64,000 bases of DNA from an uncultured delta proteobacterium (GTDB lineage: Bacteria; Desulfobacterota; Binatia; Binatales; Binataceae), in assembly GCA_963711565.1 (NCBI GenBank), contig CAVQEQ010000003.1, positions 896,001 through 960,000 on the forward strand, given 5' to 3'. Made by a program: the position numbers and the translations under genes. Below the pieces are notes generated by a model. It saw only the letters and a program-made list of their open reading frames with translations. It ran no database searches and was not told the DNA's origin. Shown piece after piece: positions 40,241 to 50,071 of this stretch; positions within the stretch are counted from its first letter, which is position 1; the number at the start of each line of letters is the position of its first letter.

Positions 40241-41260
40241 TCAGCCGTTGAATCGCTTCGCGAGTTTAGCCCATTCGGCATCGTCTGTCCCGGCGCGATA
40301 CGGAATATAGAAGGCGACGCGGTCGAGCAGTCCGTCGTAGCGCTCCTTCACCTTGTCCGCGATGTCGTCGAATGTGCCGGAGACCGTGTACACGTCGAGC
40401 ATCTCGTCGGTGATCTCTTTCGCCATCGCGACCCATTCGCCCCTGGCGGCCTTCTCGTTCAGCCGCTGCGCAACGTCGCCCCAACCGTGCATGTCGAGCA
40501 CGATTTTGTAGGTTCGCGTCGACGCGTAGAACGAGATCTGCTGCCGCACAGCTTCGCGCGTCTTTTTGATTTCGTCCTGGTTGCGGCCGACGATCACGAA
40601 CGCCGTCGATTGAATCTCGAAATCCTTGCGCGAGCGTCCCGCTTTCTTCAAACCCTTCTCGACGTTCGGCAGCACGTACTCGCGCAGGTACTTGGGCGAG
40701 TTGAAGGGATGCGCATGCAAGCCCTCGCACAGTTCGCCCGCCAACCGGATGATAAGTTCGTTCACGCCCGCGATGTGAATCGGCACGTTCGGGAAGTTGT
40801 GCCGCGCGGGCGTGAAGAACGGCGTCATCAGCGAGAAGTTGTAGTACTTGCCCTGGAACGAAAGCTTCGCGCCGCCCTCCGACCAGCATTTGAAGATCGC
40901 GCGCAGCGACTGAAGATACTCGCGCAGGCGCGGCACCGGCGCTTCCCATTTCGTGCTGTAGCGGCGCTCGATATGGCCCTTCACCTGAGTGCCGAGTCCG
41001 AGGACGAAGCGGCCCTCGGAAAGTCCCGCCAGATCCCACGCGGTCGCGGCGGTAATCATGGGGCTGCGCGGAAACGCAATCGCAACCGAGGTACCCATCT
41101 TGATTCGCTTCGTATGCTCCGCGATCAGTGCGGCCGGGAGGAAGCCGTCGTTGCCGGCCTCGGGAATCCAGATCGCATCGAATCCCGCGGCTTCGGCGGC
41201 GCGGGCGGCGGCAGGAACATCGCGCAGGTTGCGCGTCGAGAGACCGGTGTCGAGCTTCAT
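40241..41260 (-). CDS. LLM-class, probably F420-dependent oxidoreductase (TIGR03617-like)
   Basis: IAFPRSPM, GRFVLGLGTQVKGHIERR, YYNFSLMTPFF, ISFYASTRTY. Confidence 0.88.
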   Translation of the reverse strand: MKLDTGLSTRNLRDVPAAARAAEAAGFDAIWIPEAGNDGFLPAALIAEHTKRIKMGTSVAIAFPRSPMITAATAWDLAGLSEGRFVLGLGTQVKGHIERRYSTKWEAPVPRLREYLQSLRAIFKCWSEGGAKLSFQGKYYNFSLMTPFFTPARHNFPNVPIHIAGVNELIIRLAGELCEGLHAHPFNSPKYLREYVLPNVEKGLKKAGRSRKDFEIQSTAFVIVGRNQDEIKKTREAVRQQISFYASTRTYKIVLDMHGWGDVAQRLNEKAARGEWVAMAKEITDEMLDVYTVSGTFDDIADKVKERYDGLLDRVAFYIPYRAGTDDAEWAKLAKRFNG

Positions 41261-41358
41261 GGTTTTCGCTCCCGTGTAAATTTTTCAACGAGCGTTGCAG
41301 AATCGTAACAAAGCCCGCGGCAAACTGGCAAAGCCGGCAACCGACGGAAAAGAACGCG

Positions 41359-42174
41359 TCAGCGCCGCGAGGCCGCGCGTTTGCGGATCACCTCGAGCAC
41401 GCGAGCGGGGTAGTCGCTGATCAATCCGTTGACGCCCATGTCGAGCAGTTCCGACATCTCGGCTTCCTCGTTCACCGTCCAGACGTGCACTTCGACTCCG
41501 ACGCGATGGGCGAACTCGATACTCTCGGGCGTGACGAGTTGCCACGATTCATAGCTGCGCGGGATTTGAACCGCGGCGGCGGGCGGACGATAGCCGGCAT
41601 CGCGGGTTCCCATCGCATTGATGAACATTCCGGATTCCAGGTACGAAAAGTTGGTCGGAATCTCCGGCGCCAGCCTTCGCACTTCATCGAGCGGTTGCTG
41701 ATGCTCACTGGCAATGAGGACACTGCGGCGCATCCCGGCGCGATCGATCACGTCGAGCATCGGCGCTACCACGCTCGGCTCTACTTGCTTGATCTCCATC
41801 TCGATCCGCATGTTTGGAAAAGCCGCGAGCACTTCCGCCAAACGCGGCACCCGAATGCCTTTGCCCCTGAATGGACATGTCGCGCCGTCGAGCGTGAACG
41901 TCCGGCCCGCATCGGCGGCCGCGACCTCCGCATATGTCATCTCGCGGATGACACCGGCGCGACCGCAAGTGCGCTCCAGATGGTCGTCGTGACTAACGAC
42001 GATTTCGCCGTCGCGCGTCATATGAACGTCGCAATCTAGGTACTGAATGCCAAGCGCGGCGGCGGCGCGAAATCCTTCGAGGGTATTCTCGGGGTGCGTA
42101 CCTGCGGAGCCGCGATGCCCGAAGGCGCGCGGAATTGCGGGCGTGAAAAAGCCGATATTGGGATGCTCGCGCAT
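41359..42174 (-). CDS. Glycerophosphodiester phosphodiesterase
   Basis: HRG...PENTL, DVHMTRDG.IVVSHD, EIK, VHVWTVN, GLISDYP. Confidence 0.92.
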   Translation of the reverse strand: MREHPNIGFFTPAIPRAFGHRGSAGTHPENTLEGFRAAAALGIQYLDCDVHMTRDGEIVVSHDDHLERTCGRAGVIREMTYAEVAAADAGRTFTLDGATCPFRGKGIRVPRLAEVLAAFPNMRIEMEIKQVEPSVVAPMLDVIDRAGMRRSVLIASEHQQPLDEVRRLAPEIPTNFSYLESGMFINAMGTRDAGYRPPAAAVQIPRSYESWQLVTPESIEFAHRVGVEVHVWTVNEEAEMSELLDMGVNGLISDYPARVLEVIRKRAASRR

Positions 42175-42268
42175 TTCAGATGCGACGCGTCGCGATCTCA
42201 GCACTAACCGGGAAGCTGCGAACTAGCAATGGCGGAAAGGCTTGGCGCGGAACGGCGAGACGTTCAAA

Positions 42269-43730
42269 TCAAAGAGCGCTGTCGGATGCGGAGGTCTCGA
42301 GGCGGCTGCTGGTGATTCCGCGCAGATGCCTGACTGTCCCCAGGGTATGACCCAGCGTCACGTGGTACATGTCGCCGAACTTGGAGATCGCCGGCTTGCG
42401 CTCACCGCTGGCGATGAAGTGGCTGCCGAGATCGGGCAGCTCAGCCAGCGCGGACTGGTACTGATCTTTAATCTCGTCGAATATCGCCCTCATCCGCGGC
42501 GACACCTGGTGATTCTCGCCGAGGTGCTCGGTCAGAGGATTCACCCAGGCGCCGTCTTTCTCCATCGCAAAGTGCAGATGCGGCCCGGTCGAGAGGCCGG
42601 TCGAACCGACATTTCCAATCAGCTGCCCCATGTGAACGTAGCTGCCCGGTTTCACGTCGGGACTAATCTTCGACAGATGACCATAGATGCTGACCATCTC
42701 ATGCTGATGCTGGATGCGTATACAGTTGCCCAGCTCGCCCTGCCATCCCGCGCTGATGACGGTGCCGTCGGCGACCGATTTGACCGGCTCGCCGTACTTG
42801 GCGACCAGATCGACACCCACATGCGGACGGTACTCGTGCAAAATCGGATGATAGCGATGGAAGGTGAAGCCGGACGATATGTACTCGAAATTTAGCGGGA
42901 ACTTGAGCGACTGCGGACCAAGCGCGTGGCCTTGTTCATCATATAGATGAGGTTGGCCGTGCTCGTCCGCGAACGAGATTGCGGTCAGCGTTCGGCTGCC
43001 AAAGCGGATTTGCGCCGCCTGCACGTCGCCAACCAGCGTATACGAGCCGTCGCGGCTGACCTTCTCCTGGTAAATTAGCTTGACTGCGGATCCTGGCTTG
43101 AGCCGGTTAAGATCGTGGCGGTCCGAGAACGCATCCTGCAGCGAGTTGAACAATCGGCTTGGGGATGCCGTGCTCGGCGGCTGCGTGCTGGAAGTTGTCC
43201 TTGACCGCAAACGTCATCTTTATCGGGCGAATGTAATACTCGATTGGCCTAATAGCGGCCTTGAGCACGCCGGCGCCGAGGCTCGCCCCGATAACCGTGG
43301 AGTTTTCGTCGAGATCGTACTTGATGCCGCGCATCTCGCCGGTCTCGGGATCCTTATATAGCGTCAGCGGATGCCCGCTTTCAAAATAGCGGTTCGCGAT
43401 GATGCGCTGGATGTACGAGGCCCACTGACGCGCTTCGCTCGGTCCCATCCCTGCTTCGCGAAGATAGCTTTCGATTGGCGCGGTGCGTTCGAGCGTCGTG
43501 CTGATTGTGATTGAGGGAGCAGCGGGTTGGGCCGACTCGGGCTGTTCGACTACCTCAGGACCGTCCGTGCCAGCGTCAATCTCGGAGCTGAGGGTATCGA
43601 GCGGCGATGAAATAGTCTTCGGATTTGCTTGGAAAAAAAGAAACAGCGCGGTGGAAGTCGCGATCAAAGCCACGACCATCCCGATCAACGCGCGTGGATA
43701 TCCCACGAAGCTTCTCCCCCGAGCCGCCAT
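42269..43730 (-). pseudogene. M23-family peptidoglycan endopeptidase (MepM-like), split by a +1 frameshift at ~43149
   Basis: N-terminal ORF has a TM anchor; C-terminal ORF has HVGVD, YGHLS, GSTGLSTGPHLH; removing one base gives ...GIPKPIV-NSLQDAF... Confidence 0.8.
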
Positions 43731-43906
43731 CGCTAGAAACGCTAGGCGATTCGGTTACCCAACGCAACCCCAATGTGTCCCAGGTTTGCAATCCGGTTAC
43801 GTCGGGGACACGAATCCACGCAACTCCGGTTACAGAAGGCACAGTTGAACCTACGCGCAGATAACATGTGGATCATTATTGTGAAGGAGAGCGTTCGTGA
43901 AATTCG

Positions 43907-45028
43907 TCAAGGGCAGTTTCGAGCCGCCCGATACCCCGCCTGCTCCGCAGCTTCGCGGCTAGGAAACTCGACGCGATTCTCGGGCGCCATCTTGTCGTAA
44001 GTCCCGCATCCGGGCCACGCGTAAATTTTGCTTCGCCGATTGCCGACGATCTGATCGGCGACCGCTGATGAAACAACCGGCGCCGCGGCGGGGCTCGCCG
44101 CATGCATCGTATCGTTCATTGCAACCGGCTGAGTCCAGATCTCATTCAACAGGCTCGCGAGCCTGAATCCCGCCTTCGCAAGCTGGTGACCAGCGATCGT
44201 GTCAGCGTGGCCCAGATAAGAGGAGTTAAGTTCGACTTTGGGTTTGTTGCCGCACACGGCGGCGGGGGGAACGCATGGCTCGACCGGAAGTTTAAGCGCT
44301 TCGTATATTTCGGAATGAGCGATTTGATTCGATTCCCATGCGATATCGTCGGTATGTCCCGGAACCCACGCGTCGAGTTCTTTTTCGGCCGCGTATGTCC
44401 GTTCCAGCTTGTGAGCGGTCGTCTCGGGCTTTCCGGAATCGATTTCGTATTCGAGATCGCGCACGACGGTAGTGTCCCAGACCGCGTGAAGATTCGTTTC
44501 CAGCGAACGCAAATCGACAATCACGCAATTGCCCCCAAGATCCCCGTTGTTCGCGGCGTGAAGAGGTTGATGGATGTCGCCGACAAAATGAATCAAGAAC
44601 GCCAGATCGCCGGCAGCGCCCCAGCGGTCGTAGTTCGCGTCTTTCAGGCGCTTCGAGTACTCGTCGATTTTAGCAGTAACGCAGTTGCCCTCATGGCATT
44701 CTCCAGGAACATCTATGCGCCGGTCTTTCAGGCAAATGTCGATGAAGTGCCATGGCTTCGTGAGAGGATATTCTTCGCGGAACTCGGGTCGATCGGGAAG
44801 GATCGCAGCCGCCTCCATCGCTGTTGCAGTTGCACTTTTGTTGGGTTGCGCGCCAAGGATGCTCGCAACATGAATCTGAGCGGTAGGGGTGAGGTTATCC
44901 GCCGCAATAACCGCGACGATTTTGTGGCCTTGGTCTCCCCAACCCCACGCCGCCACGGGGCAGAGCAGAACTGCCAGCATGACGTTCGTAATTCGAAGTG
45001 CGGTTGAACGCGTTTTCTTTGTTAGCAT
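43907..45028 (-). CDS. Secreted S1/P1 nuclease with C-terminal Ada-metal-binding-like domain
   Basis: Signal peptide then WGDQGH; WHFID, HFVGDIHQPLH, NLHAVWD, QLAKAGFRLA; tail GNRRSKIY...C...F.SREAAEQAGYRAARNCP. Confidence 0.88.
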   Translation of the reverse strand: MLTKKTRSTALRITNVMLAVLLCPVAAWGWGDQGHKIVAVIAADNLTPTAQIHVASILGAQPNKSATATAMEAAAILPDRPEFREEYPLTKPWHFIDICLKDRRIDVPGECHEGNCVTAKIDEYSKRLKDANYDRWGAAGDLAFLIHFVGDIHQPLHAANNGDLGGNCVIVDLRSLETNLHAVWDTTVVRDLEYEIDSGKPETTAHKLERTYAAEKELDAWVPGHTDDIAWESNQIAHSEIYEALKLPVEPCVPPAAVCGNKPKVELNSSYLGHADTIAGHQLAKAGFRLASLLNEIWTQPVAMNDTMHAASPAAAPVVSSAVADQIVGNRRSKIYAWPGCGTYDKMAPENRVEFPSREAAEQAGYRAARNCP

Positions 45029-45066
45029 GGCGCCACTCATCCTGAACCGCACCTTTCCTTCCCAGG

Positions 45067-45082
45067 GTAAGACGTGTAAGAC
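45067..45082 (+). promoter_or_regulatory. Probable vapBC operator (tandem GTAAGAC)
   Basis: GTAAGAC-GT-GTAAGAC 6 bp upstream of the antitoxin ATG. Confidence 0.45.
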
Positions 45083-45088
45083 AACATT

Positions 45089-45340
45089 ATGAGCTCATCG
45101 ACTCTCTCGACCAAGGGGCAACTCGTCATCCCGACTCAATACCGCAGAGCGCTGAACCTGCGGCCGGGGGATAAAGTCGAGGTGACGCTTAAAGGACAAC
45201 AATTGATATTGGAGCGCAAATCCGCCCGCGCAGCAAAACTGACGCGCGGAAGGTTCGGGCGCCCCGTCCTGGTTTCGGCTCCGGGAGCTCCGGCGATAAC
45301 GACCGAGACCGTGAACGCGCTGCTCGACGAGCTCCCATGA
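45089..45340 (+). CDS. vapB: AbrB/MazE/SpoVT-family antitoxin
   Basis: STLSTKGQLVIP...R.ALNLRPGDKV; ATGA overlap with the PIN toxin. Confidence 0.88.
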   Translation: MSSSTLSTKGQLVIPTQYRRALNLRPGDKVEVTLKGQQLILERKSARAAKLTRGRFGRPVLVSAPGAPAITTETVNALLDELP

Positions 45341-45735
45341 GTCATCTGCTCGACGTGAACTTCCTGATTGCGTGTGGATGGCAGTCGCATGCCAGCCATG
45401 TACGAGCAAGCCGATGGCTCGGCCGCGCAAAGTCGTTTGCGACCAGCCCCCTCAGCGAGATGGGCTTTCTCAGGGTCAGTCTTAGTCCCGCCTTTGGCGC
45501 GCGCTTCGAAGACGCGATCGCGGCACTCGAAGCGATCGTTCGGATGCGCGGGCATCGATTCGTACGAGACGATACTCGCGCGCGATCGTTGCCCTTGGTC
45601 GCCAGTACCAAGGATGTTACGGACGCCCACCTGGTCTATCTGGCGCGGCGGTATCGCTTGAAGCTGGCGACCTTCGACGCAGCCCTGTGTGACAAACCAT
45701 GGGCCCAAGGAGTGGCCGAGGATCCCACGATCTGA
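45337..45735 (+). CDS. vapC: PIN-domain VapC toxin
   Basis: LLDVNFLIA, EMGFLRV, VTDAHL, LATFD. Confidence 0.9.
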   Translation: MSHLLDVNFLIACGWQSHASHVRASRWLGRAKSFATSPLSEMGFLRVSLSPAFGARFEDAIAALEAIVRMRGHRFVRDDTRARSLPLVASTKDVTDAHLVYLARRYRLKLATFDAALCDKPWAQGVAEDPTI

Positions 45736-45809
45736 TCCAAAGTACAAAAATTTCTCGCAACGAGACGGGTAAACCTGATTCTGAGGATTTTTGAAAACCT
45801 GGGCTACCG

Positions 45810-46250
45810 ATGCCAATTGCTGCACTTGACCTCGGACGCCGCCGCATCGGAATCGCTGTCACCGACGCGGCCGCGATGGGCGCGCATCCGCTTGGAATCG
45901 TCGAGCGGCGAGCGCTCAAGCACGACCTCGACGCGATTGCCACGATGCTGCGCGACCGTCACGTCAGCACTATCGTCGTCGGTCTGCCGCTCAACATGGA
46001 TGGCACCGAGGGTCCCGCCGCCCGCTCAGCGCGGACGTTCGCTGAGCGTCTCGCAGAGGCGCTGCACGTCGCCGTCGAGATGTTCGACGAGCGGCTGACG
46101 AGCTTCGAGGCACGTGAGCGTCTCGCGGGCATGCCGGCCCCCAAGGGTGCGCGCAAGACCGGCCTCGACGCGCTCGCCGCGGTCGTCATCCTCGAAGGCT
46201 GGATGCGAGCGCACCCGGATAAAGTTAGTGCGGACAAGAGCGGAACTTGA
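45810..46250 (+). CDS. ruvX: RuvX/YqgF (pre-16S rRNA nuclease / Holliday junction resolvase-like)
   Basis: ALDLGRRRIGIAVTD, VVGLPLNMDG, DERLTS, D.LAAVVILE. Confidence 0.95.
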   Translation: MPIAALDLGRRRIGIAVTDAAAMGAHPLGIVERRALKHDLDAIATMLRDRHVSTIVVGLPLNMDGTEGPAARSARTFAERLAEALHVAVEMFDERLTSFEARERLAGMPAPKGARKTGLDALAAVVILEGWMRAHPDKVSADKSGT

Positions 46251-46370
46251 TTGAAATGAAACCCGCCGTGGGTTTCATGCTTCCTTGGGCAGGGGGTGAC
46301 CCCTGCACCCAGTGTTAAGAGCGATCGCGGTTGATGAAAAATCGGCGCGCTAAAGATAGTCTCAGCTTGG

Positions 46371-47387
46371 ATGAAGCTTGCGGTATCACTTCTGGTAATC
46401 GCGATCCTCATAGGCGCGACGTACGCCGCGTTTTCGTATTACTGGCTTAGTCCCACCGAAAAATTCGCGCCGCCGCGCGAGGTCACGATTGACAAGGGCG
46501 AGTCCTTTCGCCAAATCGCGCGAGCGCTTGCCGACGCCGGCGTCGTGCGCAGCACGCTCGCACTTCGCTTGTACGGCCGCATCAGCGGGACTGCGAGCCA
46601 GATCAAGCCCGGTGACTATGCGTTCAAGGGCGACGAGCGCATCACCGACGTGATGCGCCATCTGGTCAATGGCGATTTCATCGTCGTGACGATCACGATT
46701 CCCGAGGGCCTTACCGTTCATGAGATTGCGGAGCGGGTGGCGCAAACCGGCCTCGTCTGCGAAGACGAATTCGAGGATGCCGCGCGGGACGGCGCGATTG
46801 TGAGGGCGCTCGGCCTGATGCCGCTCGGCGCGGAAGGCTACCTGTTCCCCGCGACCTACAAATTTTCGCCGCACGCCAAAACCGACGACGTGCTCGCCGC
46901 GATGCTCGCGCGGTTCTTCCAGGTCCTCACGCCCGAGGTTGAGGAGCGCATGTTCGCGGACGGCCTCGACGCGCGGCGGCTGGTCACGATGGCTTCGATC
47001 GTCGAGAAGGAAGCGAAGGCGCCGGCCGAGCGCCCCCTGATCGCGGGTGTCTTCTACAATCGGCTGCGGCTTGGGATGCCGCTGCAATCCGATCCCACTG
47101 CCGAATACGAGCTCGACGGCGTCAAGGAGTCGGCCGCCAGCGCCGTTCATACAACCTCCGCCTTCAACACTTACGACTTCACCGGCTTGCCGCCGGGGCC
47201 GATTGCAAATCCGGGATTGAAATCAATCGAGGCCGCGCTGTATCCGACGCAGACCGATTATCTCTATTTCGTCGCGCGCGAAGGCGGTACTCACGTCTTT
47301 TCGAAATCGTACGACGAGCATCGCCGCGTGATAGCCTCCGAACGGAAACCGGCGCCGGGGAAACCAACTACAACGCCGGTAAAATAG
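46371..47387 (+). CDS. mltG: Endolytic transglycosylase MltG
   Basis: TIPEG, EGYLFPATY, ASIVEKE, NRLRLGMPLQSDPT, GLPPGPIANPG, YLYFV. Confidence 0.96.
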   Translation: MKLAVSLLVIAILIGATYAAFSYYWLSPTEKFAPPREVTIDKGESFRQIARALADAGVVRSTLALRLYGRISGTASQIKPGDYAFKGDERITDVMRHLVNGDFIVVTITIPEGLTVHEIAERVAQTGLVCEDEFEDAARDGAIVRALGLMPLGAEGYLFPATYKFSPHAKTDDVLAAMLARFFQVLTPEVEERMFADGLDARRLVTMASIVEKEAKAPAERPLIAGVFYNRLRLGMPLQSDPTAEYELDGVKESAASAVHTTSAFNTYDFTGLPPGPIANPGLKSIEAALYPTQTDYLYFVAREGGTHVFSKSYDEHRRVIASERKPAPGKPTTTPVK

Positions 47388-47443
47388 GGTCCTTCGGGCC
47401 GACGATTGAACGGTCGCATCTGCGTCGAGTACGCTATAGTTTC

Positions 47444-49024
47444 ATGCCTGTGGACAATCCGGTCGAGACTATAGGTGCTGCGCGCGCGCGACTCGCGCGG
47501 CTGGCCGCAATCCGCGCGATGCTGTGCGCGGTTGCGCCTGCCCTCACCGCGATAGCGTTGGGATTGTTGCTCGAACCTATCGGCAGCTTGACCTGGGCGC
47601 GCTACGGCTACTCGCTCGCGCCCGATCGCGCCAACGTGCTGAGCCTCGCGTTGGTCGGCGCGGGCATTGTGGTGCTTGCGGCCGGATTGGTCATGGCGTT
47701 TCGCGCGTATCGACGCGCCGACGATTTCGTCTCGGCCGCCGCCGAGCTCGACGACCGCCTCGAATGCAATCAGGAGATCGTCACCTTCGCCACTCTCGCC
47801 GATCCTTCCGCGCCGGAGAGCGGCCGGGCGCGGCGCACGCCGTTGTTCCCGATTCTGTGGCGGCGCGCAATCGCGTTGTTCGGCGGACTCAACGTCCGCC
47901 GCGAATTCAGACTCGAAGTCGGCGAGCCGCTCAAGCGTTCCTCGATTTTTGCCGGCGTGGTCGCGCTCGCGATGGTGCTCGCGACGTTGGGCTTGGTGCG
48001 CGCGCCGACGCCCGCGAATCGGGAAGCCGCCAAGCTGCGCGCGATCGCCGAGGAGATCGCCAAAACCGCGACCGGTCCCGGCGATACCGCGCTCGCCGAC
48101 AAGATTCGCGCGGCAGCCGACGCGCTGGAAAGTCCCGAGCTGCCGCCCGAAGAGAAGAAGAAGCGCATCGAGGATGCGATGCGTGAGGCCAACCACGCCG
48201 CCGAGAAGCGCAACATCAGCGAGGCTGGAAAAAATCAGGCGGCCGGCAAATCCACCGCGCAGAGCGGGAAGGGCAACGGCAAGAGCCAGGGCCAGGGCAA
48301 CTCTTCCGGCACCGGCAGCGGTCAGGCCAAGGCGGGCACGGGATCCGGACAGACTGCGGGCGGCAACAACCCCGGTTCGGGCAATGGCGGCGCCGGCAAC
48401 AACTCCGGCAAGAACGACGGCGGCAACGGCTCTGCGAAAAACGACAAGAACGATCGGAACAAGGGCGCCAATTCGAACATCGAGCTCAACAACGAACTCG
48501 CCAAAGCCGAAGCGCAGGTCGAGACCCCTAACGCGAAGAATCCCGGGCCCGACAGCAAGCCTGGCAACGACAAGAACCAGAGCGGCGCCAACAAGCCCGG
48601 CGACAAGCCCGATCTGAACGGCGGCAGCCAGCCCGATCCCAACCGTCCCGGCGAGATCCCGAAGCCAGGCGCCAACGGCGATCGCAATGTTCCGTCCGCC
48701 GGCGGCAATCCCAAAAACAACCGCGACATGGGCTCAAACATGGGCGATACGCATCTCGGCGAGATGCCGACGTCCACCAATGCGCAGCGCTTCCTGAAGC
48801 CCGGCGAGAAAGGCTCGACGGTCGATATCAAGGACGCGCGCTACGTCATGTTCCGGCTGCCGGGCGCACCCACTTCCGGTAACGGCGGGAGAACTGTCCT
48901 CGACGCCGATCAGCCCAAGGCGACTACTGCTTACGTCAATGCTCCGCTGGCGCCGAGCGCCGACGACGCGCCGCCAGACGAACGACAACTCGTGCCGCCG
49001 CGTTATCGCGACATGATTCACTAG
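47444..49024 (+). CDS. Membrane protein with coiled coil and Gly/Asn/Lys/Pro-rich low-complexity tail (first gene of MoxR cluster)
   Basis: Three N-terminal TM, helical region, GN-rich tract, terminal VPPRYRDMI typical of MoxR-cluster partners. Confidence 0.7.
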   Translation: MPVDNPVETIGAARARLARLAAIRAMLCAVAPALTAIALGLLLEPIGSLTWARYGYSLAPDRANVLSLALVGAGIVVLAAGLVMAFRAYRRADDFVSAAAELDDRLECNQEIVTFATLADPSAPESGRARRTPLFPILWRRAIALFGGLNVRREFRLEVGEPLKRSSIFAGVVALAMVLATLGLVRAPTPANREAAKLRAIAEEIAKTATGPGDTALADKIRAAADALESPELPPEEKKKRIEDAMREANHAAEKRNISEAGKNQAAGKSTAQSGKGNGKSQGQGNSSGTGSGQAKAGTGSGQTAGGNNPGSGNGGAGNNSGKNDGGNGSAKNDKNDRNKGANSNIELNNELAKAEAQVETPNAKNPGPDSKPGNDKNQSGANKPGDKPDLNGGSQPDPNRPGEIPKPGANGDRNVPSAGGNPKNNRDMGSNMGDTHLGEMPTSTNAQRFLKPGEKGSTVDIKDARYVMFRLPGAPTSGNGGRTVLDADQPKATTAYVNAPLAPSADDAPPDERQLVPPRYRDMIH

Positions 49025-49048
49025 ATTCAGTACAAGGAAGGACAACGG

Positions 49049-50068
49049 ATGGGAGCGGCTCCTCAACAGGTTTCACCCGACCAGCGGGTGGCGGATTTTC
49101 GCAAGACCTTCTCGCGCGCCGAGAGCGAAGTCGCGCGCGTAATCGTCGGCCATCGCGAAGTGGTGAGAAAAATGCTGACCGCGCTCTTTTGCGGCGGCCA
49201 TATTTTGATCGAAGGCGTTCCCGGACTCGGCAAGACCCTGATGGTTAAGGCGGCCAGCGAAACCCTCGGCCTCAGCTTCAAGCGAATCCAGTTCACACCC
49301 GACCTGATGCCCTCGGACATTATCGGCACGCAGGTGCTGACCGAATCCGACGGCCATCGCGAATTCCAGTTCAAACCGGGCCCGATCTTCGCCCACATGG
49401 TCTTGGGCGACGAGATCAATCGCGCCACGCCGAAGACGCAGTCGGCCGTGCTCGAGGCGATGGAAGAGCATCAGGTCACTGTTTTCGGCACCACCTACGT
49501 CCTCGATCCGCCGTATATCGTGCTCGCCACGCAAAATCCGATCGAGCTCGAAGGTACCTATCCACTGCCCGAGGCGCAGATGGATCGCTTCATCTTCAAA
49601 GTCGTGATGGGATCGCCAAAGCCCGACGAACTGCGCGAAATTCTCAATCGCACCACCGGCACGGCGCAGAACAAAATTCAGCCGCTGTTCGAGCCCGCCC
49701 GCGCGCCGGCTGCGATCGAGAATCTCAAGGCCCTGGTGCGCGAGGTGATGGTTGCCGAGCCGCTCGAGCGTTACATCATAAGCGTGATCGGCGGATGCAC
49801 TCCCGGCGGCCCCGGCGCGATCCCCGAGGTCTCGCAGTATCTGCGTTTCGGGCCGAGTCCGCGCGGTGCACAGGCACTGATACTGTGCGCCAAGGTTAAT
49901 GCGCTGCTGGCGGGCCGAGTGAGCGTTAGTTATGACGATATCGACGACGCCATCATCCCGTGCCTGCGTCATCGCTTGCTGCTGAACTTCCAGGCCGAGG
50001 CTGAAAGTGTTTCTTCGGAATCGATCCTCGAGCAGGTGATAAAGCGGCTCAAGAAGCCGCGCACGTAG
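49049..50068 (+). CDS. moxR: MoxR-family AAA+ ATPase
   Basis: EGVPGLGKT, RIQFTPDLMPSD, DEINRATPKTQSA, ATQNPIE.EGTYPLPEAQ.DRF, GPSPRG. Confidence 0.96.
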   Translation: MGAAPQQVSPDQRVADFRKTFSRAESEVARVIVGHREVVRKMLTALFCGGHILIEGVPGLGKTLMVKAASETLGLSFKRIQFTPDLMPSDIIGTQVLTESDGHREFQFKPGPIFAHMVLGDEINRATPKTQSAVLEAMEEHQVTVFGTTYVLDPPYIVLATQNPIELEGTYPLPEAQMDRFIFKVVMGSPKPDELREILNRTTGTAQNKIQPLFEPARAPAAIENLKALVREVMVAEPLERYIISVIGGCTPGGPGAIPEVSQYLRFGPSPRGAQALILCAKVNALLAGRVSVSYDDIDDAIIPCLRHRLLLNFQAEAESVSSESILEQVIKRLKKPRT

Positions 50069-50071
50069 CCG

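Noticed and set aside
42020-42045. GDPD metal motif reads DCD instead of ExD
   Set aside because: Conservative single change with both catalytic His intact; insufficient to claim altered function
43760-43800. c-di-GMP-I riboswitch (GCAAACC...GGGAC on the minus strand)
   Set aside because: Lacks the GNRA-capped P2 stem and the downstream GCAAAG/P3 elements
48230-48780. GGCAAC-rich quasi-repeats
   Set aside because: Explained by the Gly/Asn low-complexity coding region, not a DNA-level element
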